Source: Octopus sinensis (lineage: Eukaryota). From it: a stretch of DNA of 64,000 bases. Location of the stretch: assembly GCF_006345805.1 (NCBI RefSeq), contig NC_043013.1, positions 49,662,001 to 49,726,000 of the forward strand, written 5' to 3'. The number at the start of each line of letters is the position of its first letter. Position 1 is the stretch's first letter. Shown in pieces: positions 38,953-52,499 of the stretch. The translations under genes were made by a program, and so were the position numbers. The notes below the pieces were generated by a model that saw only the letters and a program-made list of their open reading frames with translations, was not told the origin of the DNA and ran no database searches.

Positions 38953-38994
38953 GTATGTATTTATGTATTTTCTTTTTTGTTTCTTTGGTTTTTT

Positions 38995-39177
38995 GTTTCA
39001 GTCATCTGACTGCGACCGCGCTGGAGCACCGCCTTTTTAGTCGAACAAGTCGACCCCAGTACTTATTCTTTATAAGCCTAGTCCTTATTCTATCGGTTTC
39101 TTTTGCTGAACCGCTAAGTGACATGTATGTATGTATATACTCTACATGTATGAGTGTATGCATGTATGTGTGTATGC

Positions 39178-39241
<64 letters not shown>

Positions 39242-40588
39242 GTATGTGTGTGTGTGTGTGTATGCAAGTGTGCACGTTTGTATGTATGTATTCTGCATAT
39301 CCATGTGTATGTTCTTGTTTGTGCGTTTGTGTGTGTGTTTGCGTTGATGTTTGCGTGCTTGTATGTGTGTGAGTGTATGTGTGTATGTATGTATGTATGT
39401 ATTATGTATGCATGTATGTATGTATGTATGTATGTATGTGTGTGTATGTATGTATGCATGTATGTATGTATGATGTATGTATGTATGTATGTATGTATGT
39501 ATGTAGTATGTATGTATGTATGTGTGTATGTATGTATGTATGTATGTATGTATGTATGTATGTATGTATGTGTGTATGTATGTATGTATGTATGATGTAT
39601 GTATGTTTGTATGTATGTATGTGTGTATGTATGTATGTGTATGTGTGTATGTATGTATGCATGTATGTATGTATGTATGTATGTATGTATGTATGTGTGT
39701 ATGTATTATGTATGTATGTATGTGTGTATGTATGTATGTATGTATGTATGTATGTATGTATGTATGTATGTGTGTATGTATGTATGTATGTATGATGTAT
39801 GTATGTCTGTATGTATGTATGTGTGTATGTATGTATGTGTATGTGTGTATGTATGTATGCATGTATGTATGTATGTATGTATGTATGTATGTATGTGTGT
39901 ATGTATTATGTATGTATGTAGTATGTATGTATGTATGTATGTATATGTGGTATGTATGTATGTATGTTGTATGTATGTATTATGTATGTATGTATGTATG
40001 TATGTATGTATGTGTATGTGTGTATGTATGTATGTCTGTATGTATGTATTATGTATGTATGTATGTATGTATGTATGTATTATGTATGCATGTATGTATG
40101 TGTGTATGTATTATGTATGTATGTATGTATGTATGTATGTATGTTGTATGTATGTGTGTATGTATGTATGTATGTATGTGTATGTATGTATGCATGTATG
40201 TATGTAGTATGTATGTATGTTATGTATGTGGTATGTATGTATGTATGCATGTATGTATGTATGTATGATGTAGTATGTATGTATGTATGTATGTGTGTAT
40301 GTATGCATGTATGTATGTGTGTATGTATGTATGCATGTATGTATGTATGTATGTATGTATGTATGTATGTATGTATGTGTGTATGTATGTATGCATGTAT
40401 GTATGTGTGTATGTGCCCGTCTATCCGTATTACCTACGTACCTATCTATTGTATATTTTAGTCGAACAAATCGACCCCAGGATTTATTCTTTGTAAGACT
40501 AGTACTTATTCTATCGGATCTTTTGCCGAACCGCTAAGTTACGGGAACGTAAACACACCAGCATCGGGACAAACACTGATACACAGAC

Positions 40589-40627
<39 letters not shown>

Positions 40628-40782
40628 CGACGGGTTTCTTTCAGTTTCCGTCTACCAAATCCACTCACAAGGCTTTGGTCGGCCCGAGGCTATAGTAGAA
40701 GACTTGCCCAAGGTGCCACGCAGTGGGAGTGAACCCGGAACCATGAGGTTCGTAAGCAAGCTACTTACCACACAGTCACTCT
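38995..40782 (-). mobile_element. SINE-A pieces (38995-39122 and 40456-40782) flanking a ~1.3-kb (TATG)n-rich expansion
   Basis: Two SINE-A segments; microsatellite 39123-40420. Confidence 0.8.
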
Positions 40783-40949
40783 AATTTAAAATTCATATTT
40801 GTTTACTATATTACTGTAGTCGACTCGTAAGATGATAATAGCAATGACTGTGGGTTTTATTTTTTTATTGACCGGAAATGTTTTATTTCACCCATCACGT
40901 AAATGCACGCGCTTTAAACAAATGAAATATTCATATGTGTTTATAAAAA

Positions 40950-43900
40950 ATGGACAGCGATAGATGACGTGAGCTAACAAGTGAAAGAGGCAGAAAGTAT
41001 CGGGGACAGATTAGACAGGAACAGAAGGTTGAATTACTAGTAACAAGTACGAGAACAGTAGCGTAGAAGAAAAAAGGAAAAGTCAAGAAAACTAGAATCT
41101 CATGACTGAACGTTGACATCATCGGTGATAAGAATATTTTCTGTAATCATTATGAAGCCCTTAAATTTATAAATGAACCTCTGAATTTATGCCAGATGGG
41201 CAAAGTTATGCTCTACAGGGGTTTCTTTTAATGAAAATAATGCATAATTGACCTCCTTCCCTAAAAATATTAAGAACTATAGTTGTGCCTCATCTTTGCT
41301 TCATTTGGAACAAAATTAAGTACACCTGAAGAATAGAGACTTTATTGCTTAAAATTTCACTGACGAACTTGCTATATGACTTAACTCTTCATTCTGAAAA
41401 TCAAAACTCACAGTGTGGCCACTGAAATGTTAAGAAATGTTAATGAAGCAATTACATCACCAGATGGAAGCTTCTCAAAATTCTAAATGTTTAGCCAACA
41501 TTGTAATCCGTATATTTATTAATATCAAAACATACGTTCAGTGGAGATAGAAGTCCGTGCATTGGGAAACAATGTTCCTAATTCCAAAAGTCATTTCAGA
41601 CGAGAACCGGACATAAAATTTTCCAACGAGTAGTGGCATTGCTGCTGGTGAAAACAGAGATCCTCCAGAGAATAAGAATGATGTAATTTATCCTAGATAT
41701 ATGTCTCCCGAAAGAATTTCTTATTTGTCATGCCATGAAGTTCCGATGTAATGCAATCAAATCAATAAAATTACCCTATATATTTAAAATTTGGATGGCA
41801 CAACGTAATCCAACGCCATAAAGCAAACAAGACTCGTGTTCGTACCCGGGTTTCCAAGCAACAGTTTTATAATTTTCGACTGGCAGCTAGGTGTCAAGAA
41901 TTCTATTTTAGCCGTCAGTAATGAATGTAAAAGAGAAAATGATTGTAAAAATGTATGTAAAAGATAAAACATGTCATTTGCGGTGTAGCGTCGAACGGTA
42001 TAATGGGCTAAGCAGTAGAAGAAAAAAATTTCACTCAGAAATTCCCATTATATTGTTTTCTTCATTTCAAAAAATTTCATGGGACACGCATCAGTTATTT
42101 CCAAAATGCTACGGTAACAGTAGCAAAATATAACAAACCAGACCTTTCTATTAATCTTAACAAGAAATTAACAATAACCTACAGCAGAATGAAATAGTGG
42201 AAATGGAAAAGTTTATAATGGTCATCTTAATGAACTTCTGAAGATGAGACACGTATTGCGTGTACCGAAGGTTTTATGGGTATACTGCTGGATTTCAGAA
42301 AACAAATCTTTCACACTGCTACATGTAAATTTTTCTTCGGGAAGAAAATAAAATTAGAAATGCAGATGAATTTGACAAATCATTTTCTGCAGAAACTTCA
42401 AATCAAGACATTCCATTGCAGAATCTTGTCAAAAAAAAAATCCTGATAGGCGCTGGCATGTTTGGGTAGTAAAAAAGTATACTTGCCTACCACATGGGTC
42501 CAGGTTCTATCCTACAGTGTAGAATCTTGGCCAAATGTCTTTTACTTAGCGGTTTGTCAAAAGAAACCTATAGAAAAAGTACTCGGCTTTATAAAGAAAA
42601 TAAGTAATGGGGTCGATTTTTCTTGACTAAACACTTCAAGATGGTGGTGCCCCAGCATTGCCGCGGTCCAATGACTAAAACAAGTTAACGATACATGTCC
42701 CATATGGTACCATTCATTCCACTTCTTGAACGAAAAAAAAACATTCAAGAAAACGGAAATCTTTACAAAAAGCTTCTGAGACAAACAAAGGCCAAACAAT
42801 GAAAAAACAAGTTGGACAATATTCTGTAGTAATGCAGTGTGGCATTATGTCTTTCTGCTGAAGAAATTCCATGAAAATATATCTGAAAGTATGTTCCTAT
42901 GTCAAAAGTATGAAATGTATTTTTTAAGCATGTCTACGAAGCTTATGACTGCACTGCGATGTCGCTGCTAACGAACAAGAAAATCAGTATCTCTATTTGT
43001 ACTGGAGATGTCCTCACCTTCGGAAGCCATATGGCGGTTATCTCTGTGTAAGATGCACAACATGTCTCACACAGCTTGTAGACTTTCCAATCATCTTCCA
43101 CATCAACAAAAAAGTATTTTCAAAGACAACGCGCTCTTTCAAGCAGCGAAAGCTCAATGTGACCAGGATAAATCTCACTGCATGTTTCAATCTCAACGAT
43201 TAAAATGAAAATTCATGTCAGTAGCAGTATTCTGAAATTGCTTTTCAATGTGTGCGGAAGAAACGTGTCAAAAATGGAATGCCAGCCAAAGAAAGCATAC
43301 ATTTGAAGAGTCCAAAAGTGGCGAAAAATTTCATTTCCACCTGTTGCTGCTTCACGTACCAGGAGGAAATGATAGAGAAATTATACCAACTTTTAAAGGA
43401 GCTTGCTTACGGCACGGGTTATTAGAAAATGAAAACAGGTTAGAAAACATTTTAGAAGAAACTTCAACATTTAGAATGCCATTGCAACTTAGAGTAAATG
43501 TTTGCAGCTTTTTTTTTTCCTTTTCAACCCACATAATATAATTCAACTTTGATATTGTTGCTTTTTGGGGTGAGGTTCTGTTCTTTACATAGGTAACTGA
43601 AACTGCGCCTTCTCTTTCCTGTCCCCTATGTAAAAAAAAAACTTCAAGGCGAATTTAGGGATATGGATGAACAAGAATAATGAGCAAATCATAATCGTCA
43701 CTGCAATGATAGATGTAATTGAAAAGAAAAGAGGAGAAATTTCAGAACAATAAAACTCATTTAATTAATATTATCAATACTCATCTTAGAACCAACAATT
43801 TTAATGTTTCAAGCGTTTTTGTATTAATGCTGCTACATTATTTGCAGGAGGTAAGATATTACATAGCTTATTTACACTACCAGTATCCTTGCATTATATC

Positions 43901-44450
43901 TCCTGACTCTGCGAAAGCCCGTCTCTTATGATTGTTTAATACATATTGATAAACCTGTCTCTTATGATTGTTTAATACATATTGGTAAACCTTCCATAAT
44001 GCCAACTTTTGCCTTTCATGCCATTATTGGTAAATATCTTCAAGATATTAGTGGAATCAAAAATAATTTTTGGAGAAAATCTCCATATTGGGGGAGGATT
44101 ACAGAAGTTTTACTGATTCTTCTACGAGTAGCATAAATGGCTATTATTCATATGATCTAGCGGAATTTTAGACAAATTGCCGAACTTAAAACATGAGAAC
44201 CACTGAAGCACAAAGGGACTTTGGAAACTGACTGTTTCTCATTGGAAATGGAACCATTCTAACTATGCCAGTAAATTCTATCTTCAGTAAAGCATCTAAA
44301 GAAGAGAGGCGATCCTATGTAATACTTTCACCAAAGAACTCCGACTGTCTTTCTTTAAACGAGATTTTAGAACTATTAGCAGAAAATATCCAGATGCATT
44401 TCACTAAAGATCAAATAATTAGTAATAACCAGGCAGGTAATAAATTCTGC
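40950..44450 (+). mobile_element. Heavily decayed autonomous Helitron (Rep-helicase)
   Basis: Ordered fragments: IIGDKNIFCNH, GENRDPPENKNDVIYPR...ERISYLSCH, KPDL, YVKSMKCIFKHVYEAYDC, SEAIWRL...MSH...LPHQQ, LLLHVPG, TFKGACLRHGLLE, LSPKNSDCLSLNE; many frameshifts; SINE relic near 42440-42700. Confidence 0.8.
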
Positions 44451-44454
44451 ACAT

Positions 44455-44830
44455 AAACTTAGATAAACTTAGATATGTTTCGACCAAAGATTGGTCCAGG
44501 CCATGTCTAACTTAATAGCACCACCTGATATGATTATCTAAATCCTGTTTAAGTCAAGTTTTGTTTGTGGTTCATTCAAGTAGTGAGTTTTTGTTGAGTG
44601 AGTTGTATCCAATTATGGGTGGCTTATCTGGTATTCCTTGAAGGAATCTATCCAGACTCCGTTTAAAGTTGATGGGATCCTTTTCCTCTTTATCTCTTTC
44701 GGGACAATGTTAAATAGGGCAGGGCTTGTTGAGGAAAAGAAATTATGTTGCAGTGTACATGTATGCTGTGATCCTGAATTGGGCAGGGGACGTATGGCCC
44801 GTGGTCCCAGTCTTGGATGAACCTTGAAGC
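44455..44830 (-). mobile_element. CR1-like LINE 3' end
   Basis: PALFNIVPKEIK...FKRSLDRFLQGIPDKPPIIGYNSLNKNSLLE, then 3' UTR ending in a (ctaagtttat)x2 tail. Confidence 0.75.
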
Positions 44831-45013
44831 TAATTTTCGCACATAGAATTATTTAATTTATTTACTTCACCTAAACTAGAATGCCGCTGCATAGATTGAA
44901 TTCATAAATAGTATAAGTTGTAACGTTATGATATATCAATTCAGCAAGCCTTGTAATGAAACTAGACTAGAAATCGTTAACTTACATTTTAATCGTATTA
45001 ACGGTTTGTTCAG

Positions 45014-45034
45014 AAACAGAGCTTTTGCAGGCAG
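45014..45034 (+). CDS. Candidate 21-nt microexon (TELLQA)
   Basis: tattaacggtttgttcag acceptor, CAG|GTGAGC donor, symmetric length. Confidence 0.2.
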
Positions 45035-45282
45035 GTGAGCGTTGATCCCGAGACTTCAACTAACATCAAGCGAAGCAAATTTGTTTTTTACTTTTCTAAG
45101 AACTCAGTTTCTCCTTATATTAGCTTATTCAGTAACATTGAATAAAGCACGTGTATTTAGTCGTGTACAGTTATGGGTTGCAGTTACTTGATTTAGGAAA
45201 CTAACTGATGTTCTTGTTACAATAACAATAGGCAAGGAAAATAAAGAGGAAAACTATCACTAAAACATGGCGTAAAAGCAAG

Positions 45283-45704
45283 GGATCCTTTCGGTTTGAA
45301 CGGCAGTTTTTTCTAGCGGTGTCATATGAAATTGTCACCCATAATTATGACCCTAGAATCGATCTACTGCATTTCAATCTGTTTTAGGGTTAGGGTTAGG
45401 GTTAGGGGTGGAGGAAGGGTACCTTTTTTTCTTCACAAATGTAAATAAACCCAATCTGTTTCTGAAACGAAGGACATATTCATACGGCACAGAATGCGTT
45501 TTAACTCAATAGACGTCACTGATTGGTTGAAATTGCAGAAATTGAAGAAAAAAAACAACAAATATCTTATAAACTATAGAATATTCTCAATAAGGCCAAG
45601 AGAAAAAGATGTCTTATAAACGCATTCTACCAGTATACGAAGTTTAAAATCTTTTAGTTACCTAGAAATTATGTTAAAAACTGCCGTTCAAACCGAAAAG
45701 ATCT
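45283..45704 (-). mobile_element. MITE family M
   Basis: TIRs; 8-bp TSD aaagcaag; a solo arm of the family at 46236-46437. Confidence 0.92.
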
Positions 45705-46675
45705 AAAGCAAGTATTAAACTAGTAGTATAAATTTATAGTAATATTTAATTGCCTAAAGATTCAAATGATACAATGGTGTAATAACTATACTGTTATCAT
45801 ACTGCATTGTTATTAATTATTGATTTATTATTGATCAATGTAAATAAAGTAATATTTATTTTTTTATCTTTTTCCCTTCTCTTCTATCCATCCGTAGGTG
45901 CTAAATCGTTTCAAGGAAATTATGTGTGATTATACAAATATATGAGTAATTACTGTCTTAGTTTTCAATGACCATAATTTTCATTGGTCCTGCTAAAAGC
46001 ATATTGACGTATGTTAAAGCGCTACCAACTTTGAAACAGAATAATAATATAGATAATTAAAATAACTAGCAGGCATATGTGTTGCGCATATTGATAATAT
46101 ATGTACATATAGATATGATACATAAATTATAGAGTAAATTGACAATATGCTCATGAAGTGAACAAAGACTCCGTTATAGTTTATTCTGTATTCAGTAAAA
46201 TAATCCATGATACACTTTAAAAAGACGATAATGAAAACTCAATAGACGTCACTGATTGGTTGAAATTGCAGAAATTGAAGAAAAACAACAACAAATATCT
46301 TACAAACTATAGAATTTTCTCAATAAAGCCAAGAGAAAAAGATGTCTTATAAACACATTCTACCAGTATACGAAGTTTAAAATTTTTTAGTTACCTAGAA
46401 ATTATGTTAAAAACTGCCGTTCAAACCGAAAAGATCCCAACCAACTAATAAACTACAGATGAAAACTGAAGGTATAACCTATTAGAAATACATTTCAGTT
46501 GTATGATTTACAAGGCAATTGACTGTTGAATATTATCAAACGTGTACGATATATGTGTGTGCGTCTATGTATGTTTGTTCTTTAAATTATTTAATATTGC
46601 TTTACTGATTTTGGGATTGCGGCAACGCTGGGGTACAGCCTTTGAAGGCTTAGCATAACATATTGCTCCCAGTGT

Positions 46676-46978
46676 GGAGGCATATGGCCTAGTGGTTAGA
46701 GCAGCGGACTCGCGGTCGAGGGATCGTGGGTTCGAATCTCAGACCGGGCGATGTGCGTTTTTATGAGCGAAAACACCTAATCTCCACGCGGCTCCGGCAG
46801 AAGGAAATGGCGAAACTTCTGCTGACTCTTTCGCCACAACATTCTCTCACTCTTTCCTCCTGCATCTTGCAGCTCACCTGCGACGGACCGGCGTCCTGTC
46901 CAGGTGGGGAACATATACGCCAAGGATACCGGGAAACCGGCCCTAATGAGCCAGGCATGGCTCGAGAAGAAACAAATA
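46676..46978 (+). mobile_element. SINE family B, tail B3
   Basis: Matches 13810-14116. Confidence 0.88.
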
Positions 46979-47247
46979 AATTTAAAAAATTACTCCCAGT
47001 ATATATTTCTTTGTTACTTATTTTATCGATGTATATTTGTCGAACTGCCAGGTTACGGTTCATAAGCATCACAGTCTTAAGTTGCAGAAGTGCAAACATA
47101 CACACACTCAAACACTCAGATATGTGTGCCAGGGTTGTTTTACTCATTAAAGTAGAGGATAGTCTCCCAGAGTACTTTACAGCGGGACCGAGCCAAGAAC
47201 CTCGTCGTTTCCAAACATACCTTTTATCCATATTGTTTTTGCATGCA

Positions 47248-47725
<478 letters not shown>

Positions 47726-47754
47726 CCTACATTTTCATTTTCCTTTCTTTTCAG

Positions 47755-47799
47755 AATCCACAGCTCCTTCGCTGGAATTTTGGAGCCAAATCCAGTCAG
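47755..47799 (+). CDS. Candidate 45-nt exon (STAPSLEFWSQIQS in phase 1)
   Basis: Very strong polypyrimidine acceptor; weaker CAG|GTGGAT donor. Confidence 0.25.
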
Positions 47800-47925
47800 G
47801 TGGATTTCTCGGAAATAAGGAGATAATACAGTGTATCAAGATTTGTTAGGGCTTTACTGAGTAGCCATACCATAGCTGATTAAAAACTATAGATAATGTT
47901 TTCGATTTTGTTCCTTAATTAACAG

Positions 47926-47980
47926 TGTTTCTTGAGGTAAAGCAAAAAATGGTAAATACGACACGCGATGCAGAAAAATG
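47926..47980 (+). CDS. Candidate 55-nt exon (FLEVKQKMVNTTRDAEK)
   Basis: ttgttccttaattaacag acceptor, ATG|GTAAGT donor; only the phase-1 frame is open. Confidence 0.35.
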
Positions 47981-48117
47981 GTAAGTGTATAAGAAAGAAT
48001 ATAGCTTGCAAGGATGTTCTCACCTGAAACTGCACCTTCTATAATACAACCTGTGGAAACATTTACACCATCTCAAGAATCATGTATGAAAAAAGTTGAA
48101 TTTTAAAAGGAATTATG

Positions 48118-48532
48118 GGGTCTTTTCGGTTTGAACGGCAGTTTTTAACATAATTTCTAGGTAACTAAAAAATTTTAAACTTCGTATACTGGTAGAATGT
48201 GTTTATAAAACATCTTTTTCTCTTGGCTCTATTGAGAAAATTCTATAGTTTGTAAGATATTTGTTGTTTTTTTCTTCAATTTCTGCAATTTCAACCAATC
48301 AATGACGTCTATGGAGTTAAAAAGCATTCTGTGCCGTTTGAATATGTCCCTCGTTTAAGAAATAGATTGGGTTTATTTACATTTGTGAAGATAAAAAGAT
48401 ACCCTTCCCCCCACCCCTAACCCTAACCCTAAAACAGATTGAAATGCAATAGATCGATACTAGGGTCATAATTATGGGTGACAATTTCATATGACACCGC
48501 TAGAAAAACTGCCGTTCAAACCGAAAAGATCT
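48118..48532 (+). mobile_element. MITE family M
   Basis: TIRs; 8-bp TSD gaattatg. Confidence 0.92.
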
Positions 48533-48669
48533 GAATTATGTATTTCGTAATTCTCTATACACTCTTCGCTCTATCTTATAGTTTTCAATATAATCGTGGA
48601 ATTTTCACGGGTACAGCGTGTCTACATATTTGATAGTACATTCTCACCTACCTACTTTTTTCGTCACAG

Positions 48670-48680
48670 GAAAGAAAAGG
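48670..48680 (+). CDS. Candidate 11-nt microexon (W-KEK)
   Basis: ctcacctacctacttttttcgtcacag acceptor, AGG|GTAAAC donor; phase-2 start fits the exon ending at 47980. Confidence 0.25.
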
Positions 48681-48733
48681 GTAAACTGGAGAAAAAAAAA
48701 AGAGAAAGAGAATACTGAAGAAAAAAGAGATGA

Positions 48734-49469
48734 GGATCTTTTCCTTTTGAACGGCAGTTTTCAACACAATTTTAGTTAACTAAACACTTTAAAACTTCGT
48801 ATACTGGTAGAATGTGTCAAAATAAAACATTTTTTTCTCTTGGCTTTCTTGATAAAATTGTAATTCGTTTGTTTAACGTAGTTTAATATTTAGAATTTTA
48901 ACTAATGAATCGCCTCTAATTGAGCTAAAATCATTTGCTGCATCTAAAACTGAGACAGCATCCTGTCACTAACCCTAAACCTCACCCTAACCCTAACCCT
49001 AATTATTTTTTCTTAATTGTTAAATTAATTTAATTGTTACGCGTGTAAAAAAAACGAAAGCAATGGAAAATAATATAAACAATTAACAAACAAAATAATT
49101 CTATAATTTTATACACACGCTTTCCGTAACACACGCTTTCGTTTTTTTTTTACACGCGTAACAATTAAATTAATTTAACAATTAAGAAAAAAAAATTTAG
49201 AGTTAGGGTGGGGTTTAGGGTTAGTGACAGGATGTTGTTTCAGTTTTAGACGCAGCAAATGATTTTAGCTCAATGGAGGTAATCGATTGGTTAAAATTGC
49301 CGAAATGCTCGAAATTTCAGACGAAATATCTTACAAACCATAGAATTTTCTCAATAAAACCAAGAGAAAATGATGTTTTATAAACACATTCTACCAGTAT
49401 ACGAAGTTTAAAACTTTTTAGTTACCTAAAAAATCATGTTACAAAGTGCCGTTCAAACCGAAAAGATCC
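48734..49469. mobile_element. Foldback element related to MITE family M (~310-bp arms)
   Basis: Same GGATC termini; arms about 48734-49050 and 49137-49469; 8-bp TSD agagatga. Confidence 0.9.
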
Positions 49470-49845
49470 AGAGATGACAATAGTAAATGACGGCAGCGAT
49501 AAGTGATGACGTTTATTTGTTGTTTGTGACAGTTGTTGTTTGTTTGTTGATGGTAGTCATGGTAATGCTGGAGGCGGCGGTGGCAATAACTTGCTCCAAA
49601 GCACGTGTATTTAATTATCCGCTGAATTTTTTTTTTGTTAATGTCAGTAAAAAATAAATAAAAAGCCGCAAGCTTCTTACTACGTACAATAACCACACCT
49701 TCCTCCATTAAATAAAACCCTCCTACCATCATCATCAACAGAACAAGCAGTTATAGTTGTAAGGATCGTTATGTATATGTGTGTGTGGGGGGAGGGGTGC
49801 GTGCTTATGTTTGTGTATTGCTGACGCGTGTGCTTATATGATTTT

Positions 49846-50623
49846 TATTTCTTTATTGCCCACAAGGGGCTAAACACAGAGGAGACAAACAAGGACAGAC
49901 AAAGGGATTAAGTCGATTACATCGACCCCAGTGCGTAACTGGTACTTAATTTATCGACCCCGAAAGGATGAAAGGCAAAGTCGACCTCGGCGGAATTTCA
50001 ACTCAGAACGTAACGGCGGACGAAATACCTATTTCTTTATTACCCACAAGGGGCTAAACACAGAGGGGACAAACAAGGACAGACATAGGTATTAAGTCGA
50101 TTACATCGACCCCAGTGCGTAACTGGTACTTAATTTATCGACCCCGAAAGGATGAAAGGCAAAGTCGACCTCGGCGGAATTTCAACTCAGAACGTAGCGA
50201 TAGACGAAATACCTATTTCTTTACTACCCACAAGGGGCTAAACACAGAGGGGTCAAACAAGGACAGACAAACGGATTAAGTCGATTACATCGACCCCAGT
50301 GCGTAACTGGTACTTATTTAATCGACCCCGAAAGGATGAAAGGCAAAGTCGACCTCGGCGGAATTTGAACTCAGAACGTAGCGATAGACGAAATACCTAT
50401 TTCTTTACTACCCACAAGGGGCTAAACACAGAGGGGACAAACAAGGACAGACAAACGGATTAAGTCGATTACATCGACCCCAGTGCGTAACTGGTACTTA
50501 TTTAATCGACCCCGAAAGGATGAAAGGCAAAGTCGACCCCGGCGGAATTTGAACTCAGAACGTAACGGCAGACGAACTACCGCTAAGCATTTTGCCCCGC
50601 GTGCTAACGATTCTGCCAGCTCG
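49846..50623 (-). mobile_element. SINE-C concatemer: one head plus four 184-bp body units
   Basis: Units start at 49846, 50030, 50214 and 50398; head at 50582-50623. Confidence 0.95.
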
Positions 50624-50988
50624 ATTACCCGTTTCTATCGGATTCAGCAACGTTTCATTTTGTTTGTTTTCCATTCTCCGTTACTACCTTGCCTACCACT
50701 TGTTGCAACTTTCTCTGCCATTTCTCCATCGCCTCCGTCTCTCAACCTTTCGTTCGGTGCCGTTTCCATCATCGAAACAACAAGCATTAATTCTCATTTC
50801 AAGAATACATCATCGAATCCATGTACTGCAAGACAATAGAAGCTTTCAGTGTTCATTAGAGAAACCAATGGAAGTTTCATGGGTTTCGCTAGTCACTATT
50901 AAATCGATTCTGGCTGGCCTCGACGTAACAGAAACGTTTAGAAAACGCCAGTACAAAATGTTAAGTGTGTGTGCTTGCATATAGCAAT

Positions 50989-51402
50989 GGATCTTTTCGG
51001 TTTGAACGGCAGTTTTTAACATAATTTCTAGGTAACTAAAAAATTTTAAACTTCGTATACTGGTAGAATGTGTTTATAAAACATATTTTTCTCTTGGCTT
51101 TATTGAGAGATGGTTTGTAAGTTATTTGTTGTTTTTTTTCTTCAATTTCTGCAATTTCAACCAATCAATGACGTCTATTGAGGTAAAAAAAAAACATTCT
51201 GTGCCGTATGAATATGTCCCTCGTTTAAGAAATAGATTGGGTTTATTTACATTTGTGAAGAAAAAAAGATACCCTTCCCCCATTCCTAACCCTAACCCTA
51301 AAAGAGATTGAAATGCAATAGATCGATACTAGGGTCATAATTATGGGTGACAATTTCATATAACACCGCTAGAAAAAACTGCCGGTCAAACCGAAAAGAT
51401 CC
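50989..51402 (+). mobile_element. MITE family M
   Basis: TIRs and internal CCCTAA repeats; TSD not evident. Confidence 0.9.
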
Positions 51403-51542
51403 ACAATTTTTTTTATTATTTTTAATAAAAAATGTTATATTCAACAATTGCTGTAGGCATTAGCTCACTACCAAACCTTTACTTACCAACGTACTGCAAG
51501 TGTTAGCTCACCGATAATCTTTCACTTACAGACACTTGAAAA

Positions 51543-52073
51543 CAGAGCCGTCGCTAAGCCCCTGTATCGCCTGCGGTCGCAGGGGACCTCCGCGGTTGAG
51601 AGTCCCCATGTTTAGATCAAACTACGTAGATGAACCATCTATTTACTTCGCCTATGATGTTAACTGAAAATTTCGAGTCAGACGAGGGTAAAAAATATGA
51701 GGGTGTACCGTGAATAAATTTAAAAGAAATGTAAAAGGTATATGAAAAAGATTTTCAACGAATTCCCTAGGATGATAAAAGAAAAACGAAAGAAATCCAA
51801 AACAATAACAATAAGAACAACTTCAAGAGAAAAGACAAGAAAAAGAAGCAATGGTGATGAAAGTTAGGGGTTGTATACTTATACATACATACATACATAC
51901 ATACATACATACATACATACATACATACATACATACATACATACATACATACATACATACATACATACATACATACATACATACATACATACACACTTAT
52001 ACGTCTGGCTTTTATCTGGTTCGGTCTACCAAGTCCATTCACAAGGCTTTGGCCTATTCAGAGAGGGAGAGAA

Positions 52074-52112
<39 letters not shown>

Positions 52113-52379
52113 GGGTGCCAAACATACACGCGTCTCTTAGTCTATCTGTCTCTCCCTCTTATACACCGTTAGTTTTTTTGTTTGTTTTTTTTTTTGTTGT
52201 TGTATTTTAGAATCATCACAGCAGGGTCTGCTGTGATGATTCTAAAATGCAAGCTGTAAGAGACTATGTTTGATTTTTGCAGATAATAAAGGTGCGTAGG
52301 GCATGAATTTTGAGTGAAGAGATGGGGGCCTCGAAACAAAAAGTTACAGGGGCCTCTAAAAGTCATGCCGACGGCCCTG
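51543..52379. mobile_element. Non-autonomous hAT-like element carrying (TACA)n, a SINE relic and a hairpin
   Basis: TIR cagagccgtcg/cgacggccctg; flanks cttgaaaa/cttgagaa (7 of 8 match). Confidence 0.65.
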
Positions 52380-52499
52380 CTTGAGAACTACTAGCTAACC
52401 TTTTCTACCGTTCCTACAGCAGTTTTTATCTTCCGATATAGCAAATTATATATTTTCCTCACCGAAACCCATTAGATAGGACCTCGTCCTCAGACTCCA

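Noticed and set aside
39002-40537. Long ORFs rich in YI, CV, HT or MYVC repeats (here and at 1195-1827, 15486-16330, 19772-20380, 24444-25014, 51767-52210)
   Set aside because: Stop-free translations of microsatellites
49846-50581. CRISPR-like regular repeats
   Set aside because: Whole 184-bp units repeat with no unique spacers; no cas genes; eukaryotic SINE sequence
50398-50581. HDV-like ribozyme starting at the SINE-C junction GG
   Set aside because: A partial P1 (ggtattt/aaattcc) can be drawn, but no valid P3/L3/P1.1; it overlaps the tRNA B box
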